Notes under the pieces: model-generated
The model's database searches: none
What the model saw: only the letters and a program-made list of their open reading frames with translations
What the model was told of the DNA's origin: nothing
DNA from: Octopus sinensis
Lineage: Eukaryota
Assembly (NCBI RefSeq): GCF_006345805.1
Contig: NC_043008.1
Location: forward strand, 21,018,001-21,082,000
Length of the DNA: 64,000 nt
Reading direction: 5' to 3'
In this document: piece by piece, positions 51,272-64,000 of the stretch
How the letters are laid out: each line of letters starts with the position of its first letter
How positions within the stretch are numbered: the stretch's first letter is position 1
Position numbers and translations under genes: made by a program

Positions 51272-51815
51272 GGATCTTTTCGCTTTGACCGGCAGATTTT
51301 TTTAATAATTTCTTTGTAACTAAACATTTTTAAACTTCGTATACTGGTAGAATGTGTTTATAAAACATCTTTTTCTTTTGGCTTTCTTGAGAAAAATTCT
51401 GTAGTTTGTAAGATATTTGGTCTTTAATTTCTTAATTTTCGGCAATTTCAACCAATCAATAACGTCTATTGAGGTGAAAACAATATCTGCCGAAGTCTGT
51501 CAACAGCAATTTTTTGCGGTGTCATATGAAAATATCCCTGCTATTTATGAGAAAAAAAGATACCCTGTGGCCATAAACTGAGGGGTCACTCGTAAACAGA
51601 GCTGGATAACAAAACCGTTCCCTCTTTAGTGTCCACCCATAATTATGACCCTAGTATCGATCTATTGCATTTCAATCTGTTTTAGGGTTAGGGTTAGAGT
51701 TAGTTAGGATTAGGGTTAAGGTTAGGGAGGGTTAGTTAGGGGGATCTTTTCGGTTTGACCGGCAGAGTTACAAAGAAATTATTTTAAAACTCTGCCGGTC
51801 CAACCGAAAAGATCC
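51272..51815. mobile_element. Composite GGATC-TIR MITE with three TIRs
   Basis: Left TIR at 51272, TTAGGG-like tract at about 51680-51740, and a 74-bp self-contained mini element at 51742-51815. Confidence 0.75.
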
Positions 51816-52470
51816 CTGTCTGTTTGTATTCATGTATTACGGATAACAATTGTAGCGTGGGAAGACATGAACTTGCTATTCAAAAATACAGTCTGTTAGA
51901 TTCACTTAAAACATTTCTCATTCGGTATCGACATTTTCGTCGTATGAACTGCGATCTGGACAAGAATAAAAGTACAAAAATGTCGATGCCAACTAATAAA
52001 TATCACGTGATCACGTGACCGACCAGACCATCAGATGTTGTTACACATCGCTGGTCACAATGCGCTTCGCATTGTTTTTTAGCCTTTGAATGACGCCACC
52101 CCGCTGGCTAAGCGAGCAGGCCAACAGAAGAAAGAGTGGTGAAAGAGTACAGCAGGGGTCGGTCGCCACCACCCCCTGCCGGAGCCCCGTGGAGCTTTTT
52201 AGGTGTTTTCGCTCAATAAACACTCACAACACCCGGTCTGGGAATCGAAACCGCGATCCTACGACCGCGAGTCCGCTGCCCTAACCACTGGACCATTGCG
52301 CCTCCACACTAATAAATATTTAAGTCAAATTAACAGTTTTTGCGTGTGTTTTGGGTGGTAGATATGTGTCTTCCACGCTGTAATCGTTTTAGTTTCAACA
52401 CTCAGTGTCAGATCAAATCAAGTGCCTGACAAGTACAACTTCAAAATACAGATACACATACATATATATA

Positions 52471-52868
52471 CTAGCAGTATCGCCCGGCGTTGCTCGGGTT
52501 TGTAAGGGAAATAACTATATAAGCATTTTTAGAGAGTTATAGCCAAAAAAATAGCAAAAAAATGCATTAAAAATGGAAAAAAATTATGGTAAATTTTTTT
52601 CTAAATCGTTGACTCATCGTAGACATTTTTAGAGACTTACTTCCCTTATATAATAGAGAAAAAAATTCATTAAAATGGAAAAATATGATGGTAAATTTTT
52701 TTTTAATCGTAGACTCATCGTAGACGCACGCTAATACCCAGAAGGGCTCGATATGAATCTCGACTATAAGATACCCGGTTTTGGTTAAACTGCACCGCAA
52801 AATGTGGGAGTAGTTAGGAATCTAAATCGTAGGAGACAGACACACAACTTGACTTTTATATATAAAGA
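52471..52868 (-). mobile_element. Non-autonomous Helitron, family 2
   Basis: A|TC...CTAG|T termini on the minus strand. Shares ends with the 30-kb copies but has a different interior. Confidence 0.85.
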
Positions 52869-52869
52869 T

Positions 52870-53165
52870 ATGGTGGCTGCCCCCTCGTTATCGAGTATGG
52901 CCATTGCACGAAGCTCAATCAATGTTGTTATCGTGCAATGCCTGTGCAAGAAGATTTTTTTTTTAAGTGAGGAAAGGCTGCGCAACTGAGTCAATCCCAC
53001 TCACTAAGCAACAGCAGCCATAATCCGAAAAGAAGAACAACTCAACATCATCGGTAACCACTGAGCCGCAGGTTTTATGTCGGAGTTATCCCAGTTACCT
53101 GAGTTATCTTCTCCTAGAAGGATGCCCTAAAAAAGGCTAGGAGTCCTTCACTCTCAATGGTTTAA
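52870..53165 (-). mobile_element. Short non-coding element sharing the RTE 3' tail
   Basis: The ~42-bp tail is essentially identical to that at 53331-53372; no ORF. Confidence 0.45.
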
Positions 53166-53274
53166 CCGCGCGATCGGGTATTCAGTATTAAGACTGTATC
53201 ATGCGCGGGGACATAGAAATAATCGGACGGACGGACGTACGTACGTACGTACGTACGTACATACATACATACAT

Positions 53275-53305
<31 letters not shown>

Positions 53306-53329
53306 TACATACATACATACATACATACA

Positions 53330-53575
53330 TAATGGCTGCCCCCTCGTTATCGAGTATGGCCATTGCACGAATCTTAACTGTTATGGTGCTGTAATCGAAT
53401 GTGACTTTTTAGCCCAGCTAAAGATCTACAATGTCTTGTACAAGGCAACTAAGACCTTTACTGGTAATAGCCGGCTGTAGTTGTAACTGGGCTTCATGTA
53501 CCTTTGCATGTCGTTTAAGTCCTCCTGCCGAATTACACTCTCTTCCACATGCCCGGCCGATATGATTAGTATGGT
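53330..53575 (-). mobile_element. RTE-clade LINE 3' end with C2H2-like finger remnant
   Basis: ACGRECNSAGGLKRHAKVH. Its 3' tail (...ggccatactcgataacgaggggcagcca) is shared with 52870-52912. Confidence 0.65.
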
Positions 53576-53580
53576 GTGTT

Positions 53581-53612
<32 letters not shown>

Positions 53613-53619
53613 CAGTGCA

Positions 53620-53995
53620 GAATCACCTCCCTCCGACAAGTCATCCTAACGAGACGTCTGCGTTGGCTGGGTCATGCCCTCCGTCGTCAACCAGGAGAAT
53701 TCATCTACGAAGCAATTTCCCCAGCTCCCCTTCAGGGTTGGCGAAAGCGATGTGGTGGACAACGAAAAACCTGGCTGATGACAGTCAAGGCTGATCTGGA
53801 ACCCAACCTAGGCCCCCATATCTACGGCGTTCGCCGTTGGAATAGGGAGTGGTTGGAGATCAAGCGGTCGTTAGCCTTAAATCGCCAGGCCTGGTCGGCG
53901 TTTGTGCGAGATGCAGCATTGAGGATGAATGAAGCCAGCTCAACCCACCCCGGGTGAATGCTGTCTCAAGACAAGACAGATAGACAAGACAAACA
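53620..53995 (+). mobile_element. RTE-clade LINE, 3' end
   Basis: Uninterrupted RRLRWLGHALRR...GGQRKTW...LALNRQAWSAFVRDA...*, followed by a (caaga/gaca)n tail. Confidence 0.88.
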
Positions 53996-54466
53996 GACAG
54001 ACAAGACAAACAGACAGACAGACAGACAGACAAACATACATATATAAGTGTGTATGTGTGTGTCTGTGGAAAGCGCGTGGCCTATTATTTAAGGTATTGT
54101 ATTCACGATCGCTAGATTTTCATGGGTTCAATTCCGGGACGGAGCAGCGAGTTGTGTTCTTGAGCAAAACCACTTCATTTCACGTTGGCCGAGTCTACTC
54201 AGCTGTAAATGGGCTGACCCTGTGACGGAATGGCCTTCCGATCAGGGAAAATGTCGGACTGCTCGCCTAACTAGCAACGAGGTGGCTTCATTCGAAAGCT
54301 AAAACGATGCGAAGTGCACTGTGACCAGCGATGTGTAACAACATCCGATAGTCAGATCGACACCGTGACGTGTGTGCGCGCGCGCGCATGCACGAGCCCC
54401 ACCACCTGCCACCCGATTGTGTTTCCTCACAATTTTTTGAAAAATGGATAATTTATTAAGGGAATT

Positions 54467-54759
54467 GGATCTTTTCGCTTTGACCGGCAGATTTTTAAAA
54501 TAATTTCTTTGTAACTAAAAACTTTTAAACTTCGTATACTGATAGAATGTGTTAATAAAACATCTTTTTCTCTCGGCTTTCTTGAGAAAATTCTGTAGTT
54601 TGTAAGCTATTTGTTCTTTAATTTCTTGCATTTCGGCAATTTCAACCAATCAATGACGTCTATTGAGGTGAATTCAATATTTCCGGGTCGTTGTCAACAA
54701 CAGTAATTTGCGGTGTCATATGAAATTTTAAAAATCTCCCGGTCGAAGCGAAAAGATCC
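54467..54759. mobile_element. GGATC-TIR MITE, short variant without telomeric tract
   Basis: Exact 8-bp TSD agggaatt. Confidence 0.88.
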
Positions 54760-55093
54760 AGGGAATTTTCTGCAACTACGTTTCAGGGGGAGTAGACTCC
54801 GATCATATTGGAATTTTTAGTGAAAAATATTTTGGGAAGGAATGATGAGAGGAGTTTCGGATAATTCACACGCATCAAATATCTTTCTTCAGAGCTTTCA
54901 GGAAACGGGTGTTTTTTAATGAAGATTTCTCCTACAGGCGCAGGAGTGGCTGTGTGGTAAGTAGCTTGCTAACCAACCACATGGTGCCGGGTTCAGTCCC
55001 ACTGCGTGGCATCTTGGGCAAGTGTCTTCTACTATAGCCTTGGGCTGACCAAAGCCATGTGAGTGGATTTGGTAGACGGAAACTGTATATATG

Positions 55094-55170
<77 letters not shown>

Positions 55171-55409
55171 TGTTTGTCACCCCAACAACGCTTGACAACC
55201 GATGCTGGTATGTTTAAGTCCCCATTACTTAGCGGTTCGGCAAAAGAGACCGATAGAATAAGTACTAGGCTTATAAAGAATAAGTCCTGGGGTCGATTTG
55301 CTCGACTAAAAGGCGGTGCTCCAGCATGGCCGCAGTCAAATGACTGAAACAAGTAAAAGAGTAAAGAGAGTACAGATTACTTTTCAGGCAGTGGCGACTC
55401 GTATATATG

Positions 55410-56230
55410 AAAAGCACCGGGCCTGGCAGACTCGTTAGCACGCCGGCCCAAATGCTCAGCGGTATTTCGCCCGTCGAGGGCGGCGAGCTGGCAGAAACGT
55501 TAGCACGCCTGGCGAAATGCGTAGCCGTATTTTGTCTGCCGTTACGTTCTGAGTTCAAATTCCGCCGAGGTCTCCTTTGCCTTTCATCCTTTCGGGGTCG
55601 ATTAAATAAGTACCAGTTGTGCACTGGGGTCAATATAATCGGCTTAGTCCGTTTGTTTGTCCTCTCTGTGTTTATCCCCTTGTGGGTAGTAAAGAAATTG
55701 GCATTTCGTCTGCCGTTACGTTCTGAGTTCAAATTCCGCCGAGGTCGACTTTGCCTTTCATCCTTTCGGGGTCGATAAATTAAGTACCAGTTACGCACTG
55801 GGGTCGATGTAATCGACTTAATCTGTTTGTCTGTCCTTGTTTGTCCCATCTATGTGAAGCCCCTTGTGGGCAGTAAAGAAATATGTATTTTGTTCTGAGT
55901 TCAAATTCCGCCGAGGTCGACTTTACCTTTCATCCTTTCAGGGTCGATTAAATAAGTACCAGTTACGCACTGGGGTCGATATAATCGACTTAATTTGTTT
56001 GTCTGTCCTTGTTTGTCCTCTCTGTGTTTAGCCCCTTGTGGGTAGTAAAGAAATTGGTATTTCGCCCGTCGCTACAGATTTCAAATTACGCCGAGGTCGA
56101 CTTTGCCTTTCATCCTTTCAGGGTCGATAAATTAAGTACCAGTTACACACTGGGGTCGATGTAATCGACCAGTCCCCTCTCCCAAATTATCTAACCTATA
56201 GAAGAAAGGAATATTTATAGCTTTATGTGT
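55410..56230 (+). mobile_element. SINE family B concatemer, about 4 units
   Basis: Diverged junctions near 55698, 55880 and 56052. Confidence 0.85.
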
Positions 56231-56887
56231 GCTTTGAGATCTACTGTTCCCCCTCCTCCACAAAAAGAATAAAGAATTATTTACCAGTTCTCTCGAAAGT
56301 TTATAGATTCTTATATATATATACACGCATATATATAGGCGTAGACGTGGCTAATTGGTAAGAAACTCGCTTCCCGACCACATGGTTCTGGATTCAGTCG
56401 CACTGCGTCTCACCTTGGGTAAGTGTCTTCTACTATAGGCCTCGGACCGATCAAAGCCTTGTGAGTGGAATAAGCAGACGGAAACTGAAAGAAGCCCGTC
56501 GTGTATATATGTGTGTATGTCTGTACTTTTCTCTCTGTGTGTCTCTGTTTATCCCTGCCATCATCGCTTCACAAACGGTACCGGCGTGTTTGCGTCCCCG
56601 TAACATAGCAGTTCGGCAAAAGAGACCGATAGATTTAGAACTAGGTTTAAGAAAATAAGTCCTGGAGTCGATTTGTTCGACTAAAACCCTTCGTTGCGGT
56701 GCTCTAGCTCGGCCGCAGTCAAATTACTGAAACAGGTAAAAGAATAAAATAATATGGGTGAGGGGTAGACTTTTGAAATAGCTGCCCCACTTAAGCAGGA
56801 TTTTCTCCCTTTTATTTTTGTTTTTTGTCGGCATTTGGGGCTTTACTCAAATTGCGTTTGTATCCTGCTGTTCGAACAAGAAGCCTT

Positions 56888-57308
56888 GGATCTTTTCGGT
56901 TTGAACGGTAGTTTTTTTATAAATAATTTCCATGTAACTAAACACTTTTAAACTTCGTATACTGGTAGAATGTGTTTATAAAGCATCTTTTTCTCTTGGC
57001 TTTATTGAGAAAATTCTATAGTTTGTAAGACATTTGCTGTTTCTTTTCTTCAATTTCTGCAATTTCAACCAATCAATGACGTCTATTGAGGTGAAAACAT
57101 TCTGTGCTATATGAATATGTCCCTCGTTTAAGAAACAGATTGGGTTTATTTACATTTCTGAAGAAAAAAAAGATACCCTTAACCACCACCCCTAACCCTA
57201 ACCCTAAAACAGATTGAAATGCAATAGATCGATACTAGGGTTATAATTATGGGTGACAATTTCTTATGACACCGCTAGAAAAAACTGCCGTTCAAACCGA
57301 AAAGATCC
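56888..57308. mobile_element. GGATC-TIR MITE, reverse orientation, with (CCCTAA)n
   Basis: Exact 8-bp TSD gaagcctt. Confidence 0.9.
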
Positions 57309-57899
57309 GAAGCCTTTTATAAGGAAATCCTTTTTAATGTTTTTCTAAATGTATGATAACTACCTCGTCCTCGTGCCTTTACAACAACAGTTACCACTTT
57401 CTTTATCGGTGTATCAGTCAATTTCTTTATTAACCATGAGGTTGAGAAGGGGACGATACGAGGACAGACAAAACAAACATTGGGGTCAGGGTATTGAATG
57501 AGACGAAACGTGTGAATAAACAAACAAAATATACAATTAAATGAGAATGAGTGATTTACAAAGAGTGAAGCAGAGGACGTGAAATCTTTGTATTCTAAAC
57601 ATTCTGAAACACTAGTAATTCGCAACGTTTAAGATTCTTAATACCCCAACTCCCGCTTCGTCTTATCTTTCATTTGGGCAGGGATTTTATTTTCGTTGAT
57701 TTTCGTCTGTTAGCTTTTTTTGTTGTTCTTTTTTTTCTTCTTCATACATTAGTTATTCTGCAAAACAAACACTTTTTCTACGTGACATAAAACGAAAAAT
57801 TAAAAGAAAAAAATAAGAATTTATTAACACCTGATTTTTACCAACTGATAGCGTAGACATAATTCCTCCTATCAAATAGAATTTTAGACACCATTACTT

Positions 57900-58200
57900 T
57901 ATCGCCCACACGAGACAAAGATAAATAGAAATACACTAAGGTCCCGTCTTCCACATCCAGGGTAAGGAGCAGATACTGTAATAGCCTGGGGTTCAGGGGC
58001 CCTCAGCTTTTCAACAAACTGCCAAGAAAACTAAGAGATCTGCATGATGCGGATGTGGACATTTTCAAAAAACATCTAGACAAGCTGCTTTCCGGGATCC
58101 CAGATGAACCCACTGCAAGGTACGAGGGTAACCTAAGGGCAGCAGCTACAAACTCTCTCTTAGATCAGTGGCCAGCCACGGCAAACTGGACTTAGAGAGG
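57900..58200 (+). mobile_element. CR1/L2-group LINE, 3' end
   Basis: ...FRGPQLFNKLPRKLRDLHDADVDIFKKHLDKLLSGIPDEPT...RAAATNSLLDQ..*. Confidence 0.8.
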
Positions 58201-59100
58201 GTAGCAACAAGGGCGGTGCCCCAGCATGGCCTCAGCCGGATGGCTGAAACAAGTAAAAGAGTAAAAGAGTAAAAGAGTTTTAAGTAAACAATACTTTGCG
58301 ACCAACTGTTGCTATGGCAAAGAGAGAGAGAGGAAAAATATTGAGACAGCTTTGATCTCATTGTAATTTTATTCAATTGAAAATAAAATATTCTTTTTTA
58401 CGTTGTAAGAGTTTAGAAACTTCGGGAGACGTGAAATAGTAAGTTTTTAACGGTGGAACTCGAAACAGATAAAGCTATAAATGATAGCGTGTAAATATTG
58501 ATTTCAAATTTTGGCATGAGTGAAATGTATTTTTTTCCCTCCATTACTTAGCCCGTCTGTAACGCTTCCACGTGATAAGTTGAAGGGAAAAGCGAAGAGC
58601 GAAAGAAAAAAGAGAAAGAAAAAGAGGGTATGGCAAAGGGTGAGAATGAAAGAGGGAGAGTGCTGTGTATTAAGTCTACAAAATTGTGCATAGGTGCAGG
58701 AGTGGCTGTGTGGTAAGTAGCTTGCTAACCAACCACATGGTTCCGGGTTCAGTCCCACTGCGTGGCACCATGGACAAGTATGTTCTACTAAAGCCCCGGG
58801 CCGACCAATGCCTTGTGAGTGGATTTGGTAGACGGAAACTGAAAGAAACCTGTCGTATATATGTATATATATGTGTGTGTGTGTGTCTGTGTTTGTCCCC
58901 CTAGCATTGCTTGACAACCGATGCTGGTGTGTTTATGTCACCGTCACTTAGCGGTTCGCCAAAAGAGACCAATAGAATAAGTACTGGGCTTACAAAAAGA
59001 ATAAGTTCCGGGGTCGATTTGCTCGACTAAAGGCGGTGCTCCAGCATGGCCGCAGTCAAATGACTGAAACAGGTAAAAGAATAAAAGAAAAAGTATACAA

Positions 59101-59310
59101 AATCTCTCTATATATAAACGGCAAAATGTCTGTGTGCGTGTCCTTTATACAAATCCACAATTTTTCAGTTAGAGAGCTCGCACTTTCTATGGTCATTCAA
59201 AACCGTCCAAGGGTGGTCGTGTACATGCAAAGCCATTAAAAAATCAATAGAAGTGACTTTTTGTGAATTTTCTATCCAAAACCCAATCAAAATACCCGAA
59301 ACTTGATATG
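59101..59310 (+). mobile_element. Probable Helitron 5' fragment
   Basis: Start tctctctatatataaacggc...tgtctgtgtg parallels the other Helitron 5' ends; no 3' end seen. Confidence 0.4.
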
Positions 59311-59584
59311 CCAATTGAATGCCAGCTAGCTGTATGTGATTGGTCGGAGATTTGGACAGTACTCGCGTGTATGTGCGCACGCATGCAGCTGGATGCCCTT
59401 CCTAACGCCAACCACTACGTGAGTGTAGTAGGTGCTTCTTACTTGCCACTGGCACAGGGGCCAGAGGAGGCTGGCAAACGACCACGATCGGTTAGTGCTT
59501 TTACGTGTCACCGGCATGGACGCCAGCGAGGCGGCGCTGGCATCTGCCACATTCGGACGGTGCTTTTAACATGTCACCGGCATG

Positions 59585-60735
59585 AGTATCTTAACTACAT
59601 GAAAAGGAGCATGGGGGAATTCCATAGAGTGTACACTGTATAAACTATCAGATCACAAGAGGTGCAGTGGAATCGCAGACAAGATGTACAGTGAAAGCAG
59701 ATTTTATATGTGCTAAATATGGATTTGCACAAAATACTAAAAGTGCATCTGAAATAGATTATCTCAAATGTCTGGGAGGATTCCTAAAAGTAGCATCCGT
59801 TATCTAGATGACCTAATTAGCAGTAGAATAGGATGTTCTTAAAGTATATAGTAGCTAGAGTAACAACAAGAAGGAATAAGTTTAGAGAGCTGTTACTTTT
59901 CTTGGTAGTAAACGGCCTCTCTCAGAATGAAAGGGAGATTGTATGATGTCTATGTACAAACAGAAATGCTGTGAATTTTGGGCTGTGAATGCAGAGGATA
60001 TGTGAAAGCTTGAAAAAAGTGAAACAATATGTGCAATGTCATGACAAAGTGTGCATATAGGAGTGGCTGTGTGGTAAGTAGCTTGCTTGCCAAACACATG
60101 GTTCCGGGTTCAGTCCCACTGCGTGGCACTTTGGGAAAATGTCTTCTACTATAGCCTCGGGCCGACCAAAGCCTTGTGAGTGGATTTGGTAGATGGAAAC
60201 TGAAAGAAGCCCGTCATATATATATATGTATATGTATATATATGTGTGTGTTTGTGTTTGTCCCCCCAACATCGCTTGACAACCGATGCTGGTGTGTCTA
60301 CGTCCCCGTAACTTGGCAGTTCGGCAAAAGAGACCGATAGAATAAGTACTAGGCTTACAAAGAATAAGTCCTGGGGTTGATTTGCTCGACTAAAGGCGGT
60401 GCTCCAGCATGGCCACAGTCAAATGACTGAAACAAGCAAAAGAGTAAAAGAGTATATGACAAACTACAGACTTAAGAGAAAAATTAGGCATAAGAAGCAT
60501 CAGATGTGGTCTACAGGAGAGAAGACTGCACTGGTATGGTCATGTCATGTGGATGTATGAGGACAGCTGTATAAAGAAGCGCTGGTTGCTAAACATAGAA
60601 GAGGCAGACCTGGGAAGAGGTGGGAACAAAGTGGTGAAGACTGACCTCAAGGTGTTGAGCCTCCGGGAGGAGATGACACAGAGGGACCAAGGTGAATGGT
60701 GTTATGTTATGCTTGAGAAGACCTGGGCCATCTCA
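59585..60735 (+). mobile_element. Degenerate LINE of the same family, split by a SINE at 60057-60455
   Basis: SIECTLYKLSDHKRCSGI (PHD-like remnant), RYLDDLISS..GCS, and RRLHWYGHVM after the SINE. Confidence 0.7.
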
Positions 60736-61472
60736 GTATAATTGAAGCTCTGTTTAGCCTTCCTCCACAACTTATCTATTTTCTCCACTTCCCCCAATAT
60801 AGAACTGGTATCCTCTGCATCCAACTCATTCCCTATTTCTAAGCATCTGTCACACAATTTTCACTCTGGGCACTTCCTATTCTGTCTCATATTCACTTTG
60901 TACTTGGACCTCGGATCTTTCTCAGGCATGTGTTTGTGTGTGTGTGCATAAGTCAGTACTTTTAAGTCTATATTTGGTATATGGTCACTTGCTTTGTGTG
61001 TACACTATCCATCAACACCTTTTATGACTCTACCCCACCCCCACCGTCTCCCTTTATCAGTACACACACACACACACACACACACACCACACACATATTG
61101 TCCCCCCTCCTTCTCCAAGCCCTCATTATGACTAAATCTTTCATCCAGAAAAACCTTTAATGACCCTCAAACATTTTAATTTTTATATTCTTCCCTGCCC
61201 CCTCCCCCCCCACAAGGGTCATCTTCCTTCTGGTCCCCAGCAAATAAGCACAGGTGCTATATACTACTTGCCTTCAGCTTTATTACTGTCCTCATTTTAG
61301 TGTCCTTTGTCTTAAACCTTTTGTCACACATCCAGTGACCTCTTCAGAGACTCTCTCTCTCTCCCACAGGATGCATGACAAAACAATGAAGACAAAGGAA
61401 CAATGCTAAAGCTCTCCACAAAAAAAAGAAAAAAAATGATAATCCCCAAAAGTATAACAATATCTGTTTCAG

Positions 61473-61517
61473 CACATGATATCACATGATATCACATGAT
61501 ATCACATGATATCACAT
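61473..61517. repeat. (CACATGATAT)4.5 tandem repeat
   Basis: Directly visible. Confidence 0.9.
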
Positions 61518-61989
61518 CAGGAATCTAGCAAAACAAATACATAAGCAAGACTTTTATTTTCTTGTTCTTTCTGCATACCTTTCTCCCTCTTTTCTTTTCT
61601 TCTCTCTCTCCATTTCCTTCATCATCTCTGATACTGCATCAGTTATTCTATCTATATCTCCAAGAACACACACACACACACACAGTTTTTTTTTTTTTGT
61701 TCCTTCTCAAGCCATGCCTGGCTCATAGGGCCCGGTTTCCTTGGCGTATAGGTTCCCCACCTGGACAGGATGCCGGAGGAAGGTGCAGGAGGAAAGATTG
61801 AGAGAAAGTTGTGGCGAAAGAGTCAGCAGAAGTTTGCCATTACCCTCTGCCAGAGCCACGTGGAGCTTAGGTGTTTCTCTCATAAACACACACACATCAC
61901 CCGGTCTGAGATTCGAACCCAGGATCCCTCGACTGCAAGTCCACTGCTCTAACATAAGAGATACAGTAATATAGCAAAGGAAGGCTAAC

Positions 61990-62815
61990 TGGGAAGATAG
62001 TTTTCGTGTTTGGCAGATGCACAGGGGTAATAAATACTGAAAATGTGCAGAAAACAGCTTCCATCACATGCTAGGAAGAAAAACTAGAAGAGTTGATAAC
62101 TTCCGTTACCTAGGTGACCAAGTCAGTAATGGGAGTGGATGCTCTGAGAGCATTGCTGCTAGATTAAGAATAGCCTGGGCAAAGTTCAGGGAACTCCTAC
62201 CTCTGCTGGTAACAAAGGGCCTCTCGCTCAGAGTGAAAAGTAGACTGATTGACGTATGCATGCAAACTACCAAATATGTGGCAGTGAAACATGGGCTGTG
62301 ACTGCTGAGGATGAAATAGTGAAGCACAACCTTCCAATGTTGGGCCTCATGGAGGCAATGACAAGCAGCCAAGACCTTGGAGATATGCTGTGCTTGAGAA
62401 GACCCAGCAAACCAGGTGAGATGGTAACCATGGCTTATGCCAGTTCCGCATAACCGGCCCATTTAAGAGTACCCTTCAATCATTTGGCAATATACTGTGC
62501 TTGAGAAGACTTGTTGAGTCAAGTGAAATCATTGTTGTGGCTGATGACAGTAGCACCTGACTAGCAGCTGAGCTGGTGGCACGTAAAAAGCTCCATTCAA
62601 GCATGGTCGATGGCATGGCCACCTAACCGGTCCTGTGCCAGTGGCACATAAAAAGCACTCACCACACTCTTGGAGTGGATAGCGTTAGGAAGGGCATCTA
62701 GCTGTAGAAACCTTGCCAGATCAGATTAGAGTCTGGTGCAGCCTCCTGGCTTACTAGTCCTCAGTCAAACCATCCGACCCATGACAGCATGGAAAGCAGA
62801 TGTTAAATGATGATG
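61990..62815 (+). mobile_element. Degenerate LINE (RTE-like, PHD-bearing family), 3' part
   Basis: VDNFRYLGDQVSNGSGCSESIAARLRIAWAKFRELLPLLVTKGLSLRVK...CGSETWAVT; ends in (TGA)n. Confidence 0.8.
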
Positions 62816-62929
62816 ATGATATATATATGTATATATATAATTAATAATATTAGGGTAATAAAGATTTTAGAAATTTTTACTACTAGTGCCCTAGCATATA
62901 GAAAAATTAGTCAACAGACTATATATATT

Positions 62930-63090
62930 TCATATAAGATACAGTGTACATTTAAACACATTAAGGTTTCCATCATAGGAATCCTTTACGCTAGAAAGAA
63001 CAGCTAAAGTCCAAACCCAAACCACTAATTAGGGATAAATCCCTTCGAAAATTTATCCCCAATTAGTGGTTTGGACTTTAGCTGTCGATA
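62930..63090. mobile_element. Related fold-back element
   Basis: Shares tacagtgtacattt...acgctagaaagaacagcta with 35851-36017; has its own internal hairpin. Confidence 0.5.
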
Positions 63091-63504
63091 AACTCAGTAC
63101 CAGTTGTGCACTGAGGTTGATGTGATCGACTGTGCCCCTCCCTACAAAATTCAAGCCTTGTACCTATATTAGAAAGGTTTATTTACTTGCACCCCACAGA
63201 AACAGTGTATCCTCATCACAGAAGCAGAAATATACTGCATGCCATGAACTAAATAATTTACATAACCTGTTCTATATATTCACTGTTGAACCATCTAACA
63301 CATGCCAGCATGCAGAAAAGAAGTAAATCATACCAACAAAACTGATGATTTACTGTGGGAGAGACAGGAAATGTTAAAAATACTTAAGTTTCTTCAAAGT
63401 ATATATTGCTTTATAGCATTCACAAATTTTGACCTTCATTAATAGTGCGTAATATGATACAATATTGCTGTTTTGTACTTTCATTTCACGCTAGAAATCT
63501 ACAT

Positions 63505-63625
63505 ATGATGATGATGATGATGATGATGGTAGTGGTGATGATGATAATGATGGTGGTGGTGATGATGATAATGATGGTGGTGGTGATGATGATAATGATG
63601 GTGGTGGTGATGATGATGACGATGA
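63505..63625. repeat. (GAT/GGT)n tract with a 24-bp higher-order unit
   Basis: atgatgataatgatggtggtggtg occurs about three times. Confidence 0.9.
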
Positions 63626-64000
63626 CTGAAGTTTTGTATTTTCTTTTTTTTTTTGTTTTCATGCCAGACAGAATGAAAATAAGAAACGAAGGTGAAACAA
63701 ATACTATAGGTGTATGGAATGAAGCTATCTTGATGCATTATTTAACCATGCTTGGATCTCCGTCAGTTATGGTGATGACGGTTCCAGCTGATTCGATCAA
63801 CAGAATAGCCAGCTCACGGAATTAAAGTGCAAGTGGCTGAGTACTTCACAGACATGTCATTCTTGAAATAAATAATTACATTTTAAAATATCAAAGCTAC
63901 AAGATAAAAAAAATGATAAATTCAAAAGAATGTGAATAAATAAGCGTTACATTTGACAATAATCTGAATTAATTGGAAATATTAAATTTCTAAATCTCTC

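Overview
AT-rich, repeat-dense eukaryotic genomic DNA, most likely from an Octopus species (inferred from its SINE and transposon repertoire). It contains no rRNA, functional tRNA or CRISPR array. The only clearly recognisable host gene is a mitochondrial carrier of the SLC25A34/35 family on the minus strand. Its last two coding exons are 39972-39754 and 37266-36949, and I could not find its first coding exon in the window. A second, orphan minus-strand unit at about 50.2-51.15 kb has promoter-like motifs, a uORF, a 125-aa ORF with an RVxF-type motif, an overlapping downstream ORF and a strong splice donor. The rest is microsatellites and mobile DNA: several tRNA-derived SINE families, non-autonomous Helitrons, GGATC-ended MITEs with 8-bp TSDs that mostly carry (TTAGGG)n, mariner and maT remnants, RTE/CR1-type LINE fragments, and Penelope-like remnants. 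The most notable observations are (i) a structurally complete type I hammerhead ribozyme fold present twice as an inverted pair downstream of SLC25A35, plus a minimal dimer-type hammerhead at 14.4 kb; (ii) several near-perfect fold-back palindromes, many centred on (TA)n; (iii) SINE concatemers with a fixed AG|GT junction; and (iv) the nested orphan ORF, whose donor could splice in frame into SLC25A35. Repeat boundaries are approximate unless TIRs or TSDs are quoted. No database searches or folding computations were run.
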